A stretch of 64,000 nucleotides of DNA, from contig MU053810.1 of assembly GCA_013239625.1 (NCBI GenBank), forward strand, positions 5,364,071 through 5,428,070, in the 5' to 3' direction. This DNA is from Lama guanicoe. Its lineage: Eukaryota. Numbering within the stretch: position 1 is the stretch's first letter; the number at the start of each line of letters is the position of its first letter. The notes below the pieces were generated by a model, which was not told the DNA's origin, ran no database searches, and saw only the letters and a program-made list of their open reading frames with translations. This document shows, one piece after another, positions 40,074-52,596 of this stretch. The translations under genes and the position numbers were made by a program.

Positions 40074-40424
40074 GTAGCGAGAGCGCCGCGCCTTCCTCTT
40101 TCTTTGTGAGCCGCCCGGGCAGGCGCCGACCTCCATCTCTCCCGGCGCCTCCTCTCCTAGGATCCCTCGCCCAGCCGCTCGCTCCGGCCTGGGTCTCCGC
40201 CGCCGCCTCCTCCTTCCCCCGCGCTTTGCCACCCACTTCTCTCCAGGCGCCGGCGCCCGTGCCCCTCTTCGCTTTTCCCGGCTCTTCTCTGGCTTCCATT
40301 TTTCTCTGCTTCCCCAAAGCTAGTGGAAAGGGGCGGGGGAGACCTCCCGGTCTTCGGAGGCTGCCCCCCCAGCCGCCGCGGCCAGCCCTCCTCGCCCCTT
40401 CCCGGGAGAGGCACATGGAGAGAC

Positions 40425-40460
40425 ATGAACCAGGCGAGCGGACTGGACCTGCTCAAGATT
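40425..40460 (+). CDS. CACNB2: CACNB2 alternative first coding exon 1B (beta-2c-type N-terminus, 12 codons)
   Basis: ATG at 40425 gives MNQASGLDLLKI (recalled human beta-2c: MNQGSGLDLLKI), followed by a canonical ATT|GTGAGT donor at 40461, phase 0. Confidence 0.92.
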
Positions 40461-41804
40461 GTGAGTCCGGGGGGCGGGAGGGGCTCCGCTTCCCGCAGCT
40501 CTGCTCGGTCGCCGACCCTTCTGGACGAGCTCTGAGCCGGGGTGGGAACGGGGAGGCGTGCGATGGGGTCAGGGGTGGGCCTGGGGCTTGGAGGGGGCGC
40601 TCTGCCCCTGCCTCCCAGGAGCGGCCGTGGCCACCCTCTGCACCTGGGCGTTACACCGCTCTGACAGCTCAGCTGTCCTCCTGGCACTGGCCAGGGTTTG
40701 CCCGGACCCCTCGCTCCCTGAAGAAGACAACGAGTTGGAAACGCGAAAGTTTTTATTTTTTTCCCTTGTCCCTGAAATGTTAGCCATTTCAGGGAGCTCC
40801 CGGACCGCCTCCGACTCCGATGAGTATTAGCGGTTTCTGGGGAAATTCCGGTCTGCTGCTCTAGTGAAATAGGAGATGTCAGTTGTAGACACTGGGCAAT
40901 GATAAGGTGACTTTTACGTAAGGCTTTGGCAGGTACAGTTTGGATTACAGACACCTCCAGGTCTCAGTGGTAAAGAGTCTCTCAACTTTTATCCTAGCAG
41001 GGCAATGACTTAAGACTTCTAACTGTGCTCTGCGTGGCGAGCCATGGTGAAGTGGTTAGGGTTACATTTCAAGTTATCACTTTGGAGAAATGTCTCTTCT
41101 TTGCTTAGCGATATTGGTTTGTTGATTTCAAACGTATATTTGCCAGATTATATCATTTTATATGTATGTAAAATATACAGTTTATATGTTTTATATTTGT
41201 ATATGCTCAATAGAGAGCATGTTGGTCTTATTCATTGTAGCAATGGGGGCCGGAGTGGAACATAGTAATAAATTGTTTTGCTGCTTTGTTGTTTTGATAG
41301 GTGGTGGAAAATGACTGCTTTAGATATCTTGGTACTGTTAATGGTGGTGGTTCCAGTGGTATATTCGTGGAGCTTTATTGGACTTTCGTTTTCCACTGGG
41401 AAGTAAATGTGCTAACTTTAAACATATAATTCACTTTGATTTGAAATGGAGGAAAAATGTCGAAACCAGTCACTTGTGTAATCAGAAAGCCATTTCTTTC
41501 ATAGGGGAATTCATTTCTTTCCTAGAGGTAAGACAGCTAGATTTTAGTCAGCCTTGGGCTATTTGATGGAACAAGCAGAGTGGGGACATGTAACCAACCA
41601 CCTACATTTCCATCTAGTCTCTGCCAGAGGACCTGAATCCTTACCAACACCTGTCACATTTGTTCTAGACTCCTGATTTTATCTGCATACTCACCAAGTA
41701 AGATGAGAGAGAGAAATACACTCAGGGACCACGGTTATCCTAGGATGAAGGTCTTGAATATTGATAGGACTTTTAGATGCTCTTTTCTCTTTGATCTTCA
41801 GGGA

Positions 41805-41806
<2 letters not shown>

Positions 41807-41837
<31 letters not shown>
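41807..41837. repeat. (TG)n microsatellite in CACNB2 intron 1
   Basis: Pure TG run. Confidence 0.95.
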
Positions 41838-41839
<2 letters not shown>

Positions 41840-41949
41840 ATTCCAATGATAAAAATAGAGTTCCTGAATTCCTAAGATCAAAGTTAGGGCAGACAGAAAG
41901 CATGACTGCATTCAGATAAGAGGTACGAATTTACTTAGTGATTTATGCA

Positions 41950-42660
41950 GTTCAGTGTAAGTCAACAAATACTTGTGATGCATCTACCACGTGGAAATGA
42001 TTCAGACACGAGGAGAACATTTCTGCCTTTAAAGAACTTACACTCCAGTGGCTACAGGTGTGATGAATGGAAGACAATTGTGTGGCGTGGGACTCTGAGG
42101 AAAGTGCTGAACCTTTTATGGTGTCAAAGGAATAAAGGTCACAAATTTCTATTTGGAGTAATCTGTAAGGACTTCATGAGGAGGCATTTGAGAAGGTATT
42201 TGAAGGATGGGTCAGACTTCAACAGAGATTTTCAGAGAGATGGTGGGAGGCTATACAGGAAGCAAAGTCATAGCAATTACAAGTCTGAAGTGATACATTT
42301 TTAATCCTGAGTTCAAAAAGAGCGTGGAAAGGTAGAGATTGGGCAGAATCAAGCAGAAGTCTGACAAGGCAACTTGAGGCCACATCTTGGAGGCTTTGGA
42401 ACCTGCAATGTATTGAACACCAGAGAACCCTGGAAGGGGTTCAAGGAAGAAGCCGCATGACCACTCATTGAGAAGATTCACCTGGGAATGTTTGGTAGGG
42501 TAGTCTGGAGTTGCGGGGGTCCCCAGGTGGAGCTGCCAGGAGGGTGACTGATATAACAATTTGGGCAAGAGGTAATAAGGTCTAAACTGAAAAAAGAGAT
42601 AAAAGAAATGACAGGACTGTAGATGGACACATTCCAGAGACCCAGTCCCCAGGAATCGCA
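41950..42660 (-). mobile_element. L2 LINE remnant
   Basis: caacaaatacttgtgatgcatctac...ggacttcatgaggaggcatttgag...gcaagaggtaataaggtctaaact. Confidence 0.65.
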
Positions 42661-43320
42661 AGTAATTGTATAGATCTAGGAGAGAGAGGGAGAGGGAGAA
42701 ATGGGTATTATAAGTAGATAAGAGGTATAAATATTCAGCTGCATCAGCATCCAACTCCTTGCTTTCTCTGCCTTCCAAAAATGAAAGCAATTTTCCTTGA
42801 ACTGTGTTCATATCATATTCATTATTTGAGGGAAACATTGCCTTGTTTGTTTCATATCTAATAAATCGTGGCATCACAGAACTGTGAAAATTTGGCAAAG
42901 CATCTCTTCCATGTCTCTGGGCAGGACAGGCCAGCAATACTACTGCCTGAGAAAAAAGGCTGTCTCTGGAGCATCTCTCTGTTTGGTGATCCCAAGTAAC
43001 AGTAATTCTACTTAGTTAGGAATTTTCATTTGCAAATAGTACCTCTAAGCTATCATTGGTTTGAAGAACCCTGTCTGTTTCACCTCTGATTATATTGCAA
43101 GTTCTGTATGAGTGAAGCAGAAGACGTACAACCACAGACTGCCCATTTTTCTTTTTTCTGTCAATAATCCTGCCTAGGGATGGGGCACCCTCATCCACTC
43201 CAACCCCTTCCCTCCAGCAGTGTCCTGAAGAAAACAGATCTATCTCTTACGTGAGAAGCAGGTGCAGTCTAACTGCAAATTCTTGAAAGTTCAGATTTAA
43301 GCAGATCACATCACTTAAAC

Positions 43321-43444
43321 TTTTTTTTTTTTTTTGCAGGGGGAGGTAGTTAGGTTTGTTTATTTTTGATGTTGGTACCGGGGATTGAACCCAGGACCTC
43401 ATGCATGCTAAGCAGGTGCTCTGCCACTGAGCTATACCCTCCCC
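43321..43444 (-). mobile_element. tRNA-Ala-derived SINE (vic-1-like)
   Basis: The reverse complement reads ggggagggtatagctcagtggcagagcacctgcttagcatgcatgaggtcctgggttcaatcccc...cctaactacctcccc plus poly(A). Confidence 0.88.
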
Positions 43445-43559
43445 GATAGATGTCATTACTTTTTAGGTAACCTGTTAAACAGTTTCAATGCAAAGTTGGA
43501 TGCAGTCCACCCCCAAAGTCAAGGTGCTCATTGAGCACTCTCCCTCCAAAGCTCCAAAT

Positions 43560-43996
43560 CTGTGCTGTCCACTCTGGGAGCCACTAGGCACGTGTGGCTT
43601 CTGAGCACTTGAAACTTGGCCATTCTGAACTGAGATGCGCTGTATGTGTAAAATACACGCTAAATTTCAGAGACTTCATATGAAACAAAGAATATTCAAA
43701 AAAGAATATACATATATGTAAAACCGAATCATTATGCTGGACACCAGAATCTAACACAACATTGTAAATCAATTATCCTTCACTAAAAAATAGTAAAATA
43801 AAGTACATAGAAAACTAAACTAAACATCATCAATATTTTTATATTGATTGCATGTCACAATGATAATATTTTCGTTAGGTTAAGTAAAATACAGTATTAC
43901 CATGAATTTTACTTGTTGCCTTTCACCTTTTTAATGTAGCTACTAGAAAATTCCAATTACTTATGTGACTTGTATTATATTTCTGCTGGACAGCAT
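43560..43996 (-). mobile_element. MER33-like hAT-Charlie element interrupted by a short L1 tail (~43700-43810)
   Basis: Termini ctgtgctgtcca... and ...tggacagcattag. The internal gagcacttgaaa...gtaaaatacac matches MER33 in antisense. Confidence 0.75.
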
Positions 43997-44359
43997 TAGA
44001 CCGAAGTACCGCACTGGTGATTCTCCGAGGAGTTGACTAGATCTCAGTGGAGCCCTGGTGGATGCAGAATTGGTGAAAGGAACTGGGAATAGGATGACAA
44101 CAGAGGAGGAAGTGGATGAGAAACATGAGCAGTATCTCAGCACAGAAGGCCTCAAAGAGGTTGTAACCAGCGCCTCCAGTCACACCTGGAGGTGAAGGAT
44201 CACTAACTAGAGGGCGTGTTTGTTTTGCTCCTAGCAACAGAGCCTGGCTGGTTCCACACCAGCTGAGTTTGCTAGCTGCTTTTCAAGCACATTGTAGTAA
44301 TCTGGCCTGGTAATGGCAACATCCAAAGTCTTAGCGAGGAGCTTTATCTAAAGAGAGAA

Positions 44360-44610
44360 ATTCAGGAGTTTGAATTTGCAAATGTTAGCCACTATATATA
44401 AAAATAGATTATAAAAAACCAAGTATCTTTTGTACAGCACAGGGAACTATAGTCAATATCTAGTAATAACCTTTAATGAAATAGAATATGGAAACAAATA
44501 AATGTACGTATATGCATGACTGGGACATTGTGCTGTACACCAGAAATTGACACATTGTAACAGACTATATACTTCAGTGAAAAAAAATTTGAAGTAAATA
44601 AATAAAAAGA
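44360..44610 (+). mobile_element. L1 3' terminal fragment
   Basis: tgtacagcacagggaactatagtcaatatct...tgtgctgtacaccagaaattgacacattgtaac...cttcagtg plus A-rich tail. Confidence 0.85.
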
Positions 44611-47469
44611 GGGGCAGCCCTTCTCCCCAGGTCAATACCATTTTCCAGAAACTTTCTTGGGTCTGAGGTCCAAGTCAGTCTTTTGCAGTCTCCAAACACA
44701 ATGGTCCCGGGTACTGGGTTTTATGTTTTGCTGCAACCTTCGCTGCTGACCCCCATTAATTTCCTCTTTGGTGGTATTTTGTTCTGGTGTTGCACGGCAG
44801 AAATTTTAAAACATGTCAATCGGGATTTCTGAGTGTTTTGAAATGTGAAATATAAAATCTAACTGTTGGAGTGGTTTGAGGTTTCATTGGTCTTATAGTT
44901 TAATGTTTCTTTTGCTTTTTGTCTTGCCTTTTATGTCAAGAGTGAGAGTTTACCTGGTTCTCTACTTAATTTCATTGAAATATACACTATGCAGCCTGAG
45001 TCCTTTTAAGAAAAGCTGCGCAAAGTATGTTAACCCTGTAGTGGGGTGGTGGCCCTCTTTGATTTTGTGACTGTGGGTCATGGCTCTGTCTTGCTAATAC
45101 TACAGGGCACACGCTGACTTTCACAATTACAAATTGGGAATTCAAATTAAATATGATGCCACGTAAGTCAGTGGGTCTGTCTTAGATTTCTTTCCAAACC
45201 TGGATGGAGGTAGATTGTGAAGAGGGCAAGCTGGGGCCCTGGCCATCGCCCGCCCTCCTTGTCTCTGCACATCCCCACTGGCCACGTATCTGCTTCCCGG
45301 TCTCATCCCTTCTCCCTTCTCTACCTACCAGACCCCCACCAAGAGCTTTATTAAGCTGCTTCTTGACTCCTTTCTGCTTTTGTGTGAACTGATCCATAGA
45401 GAGGACTTGCTGTATTCCCCTTTTTCTAGGGAGGAACCTCAATGTTGTCTCTCCTCGTAAAAGGTCTGACAAGGTCAGTCACATGATGCTACAGGTTAAT
45501 AAGGACATTTAATATCTGATTCCTCTCTGGTTAGTTTTGGCTTTCTTTGCTTCAGACCCTAAGATGAGGAAAGTCTGCAGTTTGAAGGGATACATATCAG
45601 TGAATGCTGATCGAGAGGGATGGAAACTAATTTCAAGCATCAGCATTATGCTCATGGAGAACAATCTGTAGGGAGGAGAACTGCCTCCTTATTCATCAAC
45701 CACAGAAGCAACATCATTTTTAAAGCTGCCCCCAGGGGCCGCCAAGCCAACTTTGTGCCCAAGGCTGGGCTGAAGTCTCCAATCAACTGGCAACTTCTGT
45801 AATTAACTATGACCATCTACTGCAGTCAGACAGAAATGAGATGTCAATTACTTGTGCAAACGTGCTGATTTTAAGAATACACTCCAATTTTTAGAAGTTA
45901 TTTAGTATCAAGGGAGACGTTCACAGGAAGCTGATATTAACATCAAGATGAATGTTGGATATCTTTTTAATAAGTCATTTCGACATTTGTGACAATTTCT
46001 TAATTTTTTTCTAGTTTCTGAAGTCTTACTTAGCTTGGTTGATGTTTTAAAAAAATTAAAGGAATTTAAATGTATGGTTTTCCTTTTTCCTATTTGTTGT
46101 GGTGACATCATTTGTTTTTATTAAGCTGCATGTAAATAATAGGCAATGAGTTGAAATTAGTGACTGTTCAGACCGTGCTCTATAAGGACGTAGGGGTCTG
46201 CATGAATCACGGAGAGCGTTATGGGTTACACCTAGCACTCTGGACAAACCCTCTGTCTTCTCTTTACTTCCTGAAACCCTGGCTCTGATTATTAATTGTT
46301 CCGTATATCAGATGTTTATATATTTAGTGTTGCTAAAAAAATTTAGAAATCCCATTGGTTATAAAAGTAGCTGCATTTGAAGTAGCAAAGAAAACTACAC
46401 TTCTTTTCCAAATTTAGGCAACTAAATATTTGAATGCTTAATCTTTTCTCTCTTTTACCATTTGAGTGAAGATTGGCCTTTATTTTTTTTTTTAATTCCT
46501 CCATATGAAACACTCTACTCCTTATTTTCAAGAACTTTGAATAACTAATAAATAAGTAATTTTAGCAAGCTGGACTTAATTTCAAATATGCATTGAACTG
46601 AAGGAAACATCATTTGCTCATGGTAGTATAAACTTTCACTAACATTTTTCAAAGTACATTAAAGTAGACTACTAGCTTTAGAAAGGTCCTTTAGTTTTTT
46701 TCTTGATCCTGGATATTGTTAGAAAAAAATAACTAGCCATTGAGTCATCACCCTACAGTTAATTTTTTTTTTAAAGGAGATTGTAAAAGAGAAATCACTG
46801 TTGAAATTAGTAAAATAGAACAGAGGTGTAATTCAGCATATCTGTTTATTTTGGATTTTAATAAATATGATATATAATGAATAAGAATTTGCTATAGGAC
46901 TATTAAGCATAAACACTTTGAATAAATCATCCCTCATACATTTAAGTGATTGAAGAACAATATATTTTTCTCAAAACTATCACCAGTTTGCATGCATTTC
47001 AATATGCCATAGTTTTTTGAGTGCATAAACTGTGACTTAGTACAGTTGAGACTTGGATTAATCCAACATATACACATGGCATTGGTAGCTAAGCACACCT
47101 GAAATAATGTTTATGAACAGTTTTCCTGGGGCCTGGAACAATTAGTGTGACTTTTTAAACGTGTCTAATTTCTTGCAGAGAACTGCAGTCCCCCTGGGAC
47201 CAGATGTCTCATATATTGTGAGATTCTTACAGTGCCTGCTGGGTAGTGTGAACAGCCATGAAAAAGTTCCTCCTTCAAAACAGCTGAATAGTAAAAGCAT
47301 AATCATCATTAAAAAATCCAGAATAAATGATCATGCTAGAATTTCAAAAAAGCGCTTTCCACCCATGGCAAAATGGTACTGGAAAGACATGGGATCATGG
47401 GTTGAGAGGATAGTTTGTCTTTGTTCTCAAAGATAATTTATGCTTGGAATGAAAAGGAATAGTGTATTT

Positions 47470-47634
47470 ATGGGGGGGACAGTATAGCTCAAGTGGTAGA
47501 GCGCATGCTTAGCATGCATGAGGTCCTGGGTTCAATCCCCAGTCCCTCCTCCAAGAGTAAATAAATAAATAAACAAACCTAATTACCTCCCGCCCCAACA
47601 ACAACAAAGTAGAAGTAATTTTTTTTTAATTTAA
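47470..47634 (+). mobile_element. tRNA-Ala-derived SINE (vic-1-like) with a perfect 19-bp TSD
   Basis: gtatagctcaagtggtagagcgcatgcttagcatgcatgaggtcctgggttcaatcccc. TSD GAAAAGGAATAGTGTATTT at 47451-47469 and 47635-47653. Confidence 0.93.
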
Positions 47635-48409
47635 GAAAAGGAATAGTGTATTTGCCATAAATATGCCCCCGCCTTCCTTCAAAGAAACAGGTTAGGCCTT
47701 AAAAATGCTTTCAAGGTGATAAGTATTTTTTTTCCTTTTGGAATAATGTAATTTTTTTCTTTTTAACTTTAAGGAAACTTTCAGACTTTCACGTTCCTAC
47801 GCCCTGGAAGACACTTCTGTCCAAACCTTTACATAATAATTGGAAAAGGAAGAACGCTGTTGAAAGAATGTTATTTTTCAACAGTTTACGGAATAATGTT
47901 TACATAAGTAAGAAAGATATGCTGTTAGTGAGGAGAACCTGGTATTATGAAAGTCCAGCCTAGATTGCCTTTCCTTTTATGAAGTTGAGAGTTAATTAAA
48001 TGCCATGGAAACACATTTGTATTATATAAATCCCTTAGATACTTGGTAGAGAACAAACATATTTAAGACAAAATTTTGCTTTAAAATTATACCACCCCTC
48101 TCAGTGATTGCAGATGCATCTAAGTTACTCATAACACAAATGTTTGTAATAGATTTCAGCTTGCCTAAGTGCTGCATATATTGTGGCTTATAAGATATTT
48201 CCATTTTAATGAAAACCAGATGAATGTATAAAATACAAAGTAGCATTTTCAAAACCCTGAACATGGTGATTTTCAAAAAAGCAAATTGTGTACATTCAGA
48301 TCATCTAATGAAGTCTCTGTGAGCCTAATCCTTTGAAATACCCTACACATTTTAGCCCAATTTTTTCTCCACCCTTCTCACTCTAATGTGGATATCGCTT
48401 TTTAAAATA

Positions 48410-48560
48410 TCATTATGAGTTCTTACCATGTGCTAGATCTTATACTAAATGCTATAAATACACTGTTTAATACCTACAACAATTCTGGGAGATAAATCTT
48501 AATATCCCCATTTTAAGGATGAGAAGACTGATGCTTGGAGAGGTTAAGAAATTTGCTCCA
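48410..48560 (-). mobile_element. MIR remnant
   Basis: atccccattttaaggatgagaagactgatgcttggagaggttaagaaatttgc core. Confidence 0.75.
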
Positions 48561-49670
48561 GGTCTGCTATAAGCCTATCTATATTTAACTGTAAACCTCA
48601 GGGTTGAGCTATTTTCCCCTTATATTTTAGTGTTTAATTTTCTCAATAACTTTATAAGTGCCTAGACTTAAAGATAGATTAATGCATAATTTATTCTTAG
48701 TGCTCTGAATGTAAGCTGTAGATTCAGCTGTAGAAAAAGCAAGTTCATTTGTAGACATCTGTGCTTGGCCCAATCCTATTACTGAAACAAATTGTCTTAC
48801 TTTTAACATCCTGTTCTTAAATGCTTACTTCTTTTTCTCCTTCTTCTTCTTCCATAAAATTAATTTTTCTTGCCTTCTCAGCAAAATAAGCAAGCACTTA
48901 AAGAGCAAGCTTTTCACATCCTATTCAAACATGACAACAATGGGCCAGAAAATTTTTAAAGTATTTTAATTTCATCTCATTCACTACCATTTCTATAGCT
49001 GTTTCACCATCTCTCAAAGCAATCTCTGGATTCATACCATAATATGAAGGACTGACACCAGGCTCATTCAGGCCCCACCTCGATCTACGTCTATATGAAT
49101 AGAAGAGTAATCAGAATTCATACAGCAAAATGTTGCTCAGCCACCATATGCAAGTAGCACCCTAAACTGGGAATGTGGAATTATATATTATATTACCTGT
49201 GGAATTACAAATTAAGACATGAAAAGAAGCCAGAAATGGGTATTCAGCACCACTGGAAAACAGTATTTTATGATGCTCGATCCACTGCATTCATGTTCTT
49301 GGAGGGACTTTGACAAATTACTTTCCTCTCACCCTACTTCTGCCCCAGTTGCTCCTACACATAGGTACTTAATTTTTAATGCTTTATCATTAATAATCTT
49401 TTGCCTCTTGACCACAGATAATGCCAACAGATAGCATAAATTATTTTCATTCACCAGTTATTAAATGCTTTTTCTAGAAATCTCTCTTCCATATAAACTC
49501 CCTGATTGGAAATAAATATTTGTGATTCCACCAATAACTTTTTAATAATGCTTGTATCATGGGCAATTCATTCTTTGTCTTGATCTTGAACATTTTCTAG
49601 AACTAGGTTTAGATTCCTGTGAGAGGGTCTAATAATCATCTTATTTGTCTTGTCTTCTTTTTTTTTGTAG

Positions 49671-49763
49671 TCGTATGGAAAAGGAGCGAGGAGGAAAAAC
49701 AGATTTAAAGGATCTGATGGGAGCACTTCTTCTGACACTACCTCAAATAGTTTCGTTCGTCAG
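49671..49763 (+). CDS. CACNB2: CACNB2 shared second coding exon (93 bp, 31 codons)
   Basis: Polypyrimidine tract plus TAG acceptor ending at 49670, with a CTAAT branch-like motif near 49629. Translates [31 protein letters not shown]. Donor CAG|GTAAGA at 49764. In frame with both first exons. Confidence 0.96.
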
Positions 49764-50349
49764 GTAAGAGCTTTTAAATTCATGGTTTGGAGAAGTATAT
49801 TAAAGTGAATTTAGTTTTGTCTTTTTTAGAGGTGGTTTTACAGTGGCATCCTTGTGATCCATATAGTATTATTGCACTTATTTTTAGTTGAAGTGAAAAT
49901 TGCACCGTTTGATGTCATAATGAATATATTACAATTTTAAGTGAGACTGTATGAGTAATAATTACCCTGTTTCCTGGCAAGTTGGGGAAAGACAAATACA
50001 GAATTCATTACAAAGGCTTTCTTCATAACAGAATGCATGAACTCTGGCAGAAATGATTACAGGTTTGGGAGTTTTGGGGCGGGGGTAGGGAGCCAGGCGA
50101 TGGGCATCTATATCACTAGCTGTGAAGTCGACATACTGGTGTTCCTCCAGTTTGAGTTTTCTTCTGCCCACTTTGGGCTGGGCTTCTGAAAGAGAAGATT
50201 GTCCCTGGTCCTGAGCTGGCTGAGGCTACTCCGGTTAAACAGTGCACGTGGTGTCTTGGAGACAGAAGCTGCCTTTGGAGAAACAGCCTTCATTTCCGTT
50301 AAGGGGTGGAATGTCCCTGCCCAGGAATTTGGAGCTGCCCCCTAAGCAG

Positions 50350-50629
50350 TGTCAGGATCGCCAGCATAGAAACACTCTTACACACAGCAAGAGAAAGGAC
50401 TTTAATTCCCAGAGGAAGAGGATAGGCAGCCAGACCTCTAAGGATGACAGGGCACAGGTGGAAACTAATGTCTCATCCCGTCTGCTGTAGGTGGGCAAGT
50501 GTCTTCATCTAATGCATCTCAGTGGGGAGGAAACTGGTGGGGAGTGTGCTCAGGAGAGCCTGTTTTCCTGCCTGAAGGACCACCACCTTCTGATCAGCTT
50601 CTGTCAGTGGCAGCTCACTCCCCAAAACA
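50350..50629 (-). mobile_element. Possible old ERVL LTR remnant (MER54/MER74-like)
   Basis: tgtcaggatcgccagcatagaaac...acacagcaag...ctttaatt start and actcccc...aca end resemble this group. No TSD seen. Confidence 0.35.
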
Positions 50630-52596
50630 ATGGTTGTCAACTGGAAGAGCAGGTCCATTTCTATTGAAAAGGATGCCATTTTCCCCACTGCTTTTGGGGT
50701 CCTTTCTCCACATCTCTCTTCCACCGCTGGTTAGCGGCAGTTCAGCTTAACCTTGTTCACCTGTTGCATCCATGGGGATTTTGTTCTTGGCTGGTGGCTG
50801 CTTCCTTCCACTTTGCTGACACAGACAAAGGATGGTCCATCTCCAGCCTTCAGTCCCTTCCTTGCGGCATCAAGGGCGCCAGTGACATGTCTGAGTTACT
50901 TACAGGCAACTGGAGAAACTTCAGTTCTGGTCTCAGCCAGTTGGGAATTGTTCTGTTTTCAGGAAGTTAGAAACAGGCAGTTGAGAAGGAGCGGAGGTTT
51001 TTGTTTTTTTGTTTTGTTTTTTTTTTTTTGGCTAAGAAATATTTTGAAAGAGAAGGGAAGATGAAGCCAAGTGCATCGCTGCTGTGGAGCCATGTTCTGA
51101 CTGTGTCAGAGGAGCTGGGATGGGACTGAGGGGTGCTCCGTGTGTGTGTTGGCCTGATGTTGTCGTGGGCAAAACTCAGATGTCACCAGTCCTGAGTCTG
51201 AGCGAAGAGCCTTAAGAGAGAGTGACTTAGCTCAGGGGAATCTCTTACAGGAAAGTCACCCAAGGCCTTTTCCCATTTTAAGCATCCTTGTTTATTGTAC
51301 CTCTGGGACCAGGAGACAGAGACCGGGAAGCCAGGATCCACAACTCAGAGTTATCATCGCAGGGCTGAGCCCTGGGGGACCTGAAGCAGAAACAAATAAG
51401 CTCGGGACGTCTGGTAGCTGCAGTAAAGCCACATGAAATGACACAGCTTGTCGGAATCGCATGGAAAGAAAAATTGCAATGTTTCGAGTGAGCAAGATAT
51501 TGTGAATAGAAATAAATAGTATAGAGCCCACTGTTGCTCACTTTGGCTCCGTGAAAATGTCTCTGAAAGGCAATCACCTGGCCCCATTTTCCAGGTGCCT
51601 CTGACTGTGAATTCCCCATTCGTGGAGTTTTGGTAACTTACTTTGTAAGGTTAGGCGGGGTTGCTAGACTACATGTAAACTAAGTGGGATTTTTTTTTCC
51701 TCGTGGTAAGTTCCTTCTGACATTGCATTCTTGGTGATGTATGAGATTATGTGCTTGAAACACAGTTATAAAGAAAGCTATGAGATTACTTACTGGAAAT
51801 GTTGATCTATATTGCCAAAACATATGTGAGCATGTAAGAAGACAAAAAAGAGCAGTCTCTCCTCAAAGTCTGTCTTCTTGAAAGAAACCCCCAACTCCTT
51901 GACTCTCGGGATGAGGTGTTCACCATGGATTTGGGGTTATGATTACACAGACATCACAAACCCACAAGTGCCAGCTTGCTTCTATCACAGAAGGAAATCC
52001 AGTGTCTTTGGCAAGAATGCTGAGTTAAACACTCTATTTTTCCTTTCGTAATTTTATCTCGAGTCTGTTAGAACCACTTTCATATTTTGGTATCATTTGA
52101 AAATAAGCAAAAGCCACCGTGGCATAGCTCAATATTTGACAGATTGTGGTTTCATCGGAGGATTTGCAGAAATGCATACGGGATAGTAACAATAAGTATA
52201 TGTTAGATTAAATAGTTTGAAAGCATTCCTTTTGAATGTTTGCTTTTTTATCATAAGTAGATATTTTGTTAAACAAGTGATGTGTATCAGTATATATTAC
52301 TCGTCTGTGATTGGGGCATATATATAATTGATATGGAAAAGGTGTTTGGTCAATATAACTGGACTCTATTAAAAATATCTTATAATTAGATTTTATTCCT
52401 GCCCTTGAATTAAAAATAATTTCCATATAATTTTGAAAACCCTTCAACTTATACTTTCACAAACTGTATATTATTTTTGAAGACTTTTTAAACTGGGAAA
52501 CACTTGGTACTTTCAGGTAGTCTTAAAAATGATGAGATTTAAATATTTTAGAGGTTGAAAGTGTGAAATTTTTACATAAAGAAAAAGGGATAGAAA

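Larger units (their letters stand above)
39380..40830. promoter_or_regulatory. CACNB2: CpG island / CACNB2 promoter region with GC boxes
   Basis: Abrupt switch to very GC- and CpG-rich sequence in an otherwise AT-rich, CpG-depleted window. GGGGCGGGG boxes near 39885 and 40330. Contains both first exons. Confidence 0.9.

Noticed and set aside
40106..40111. Alternative GTGAGC donor 32 nt downstream of the exon 1A donor
   Set aside because: Its use would frameshift the CDS, its exonic context (TTT|GT) is poor, and there is no supporting evidence.
39322..40954. Many long overlapping ORFs (up to 374 aa) on both strands
   Set aside because: Expected from stop-codon scarcity in a CpG island. They are Pro/Ala/Arg/Gly-rich, mostly with non-ATG starts. 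Only the two short CACNB2 exons are supported.
42251..42937. 228-aa minus-strand ORF
   Set aside because: It has a non-ATG start, overlaps a decayed L2 remnant, and shows no recognisable domain.
47472..47550. Apparent tRNA-Ala(AGC) genes (also at ~10074 and ~43444)
   Set aside because: Each has a SINE-specific tail and an A-rich end, two of the three have TSDs, and the acceptor stems are imperfect. They are SINE heads, not tRNA genes.
50868..50885. TGGCGCCC on the minus strand resembling a tRNA-Lys primer-binding site
   Set aside because: Only 8 nt match and there is no clearly adjacent LTR end or internal ERV sequence.
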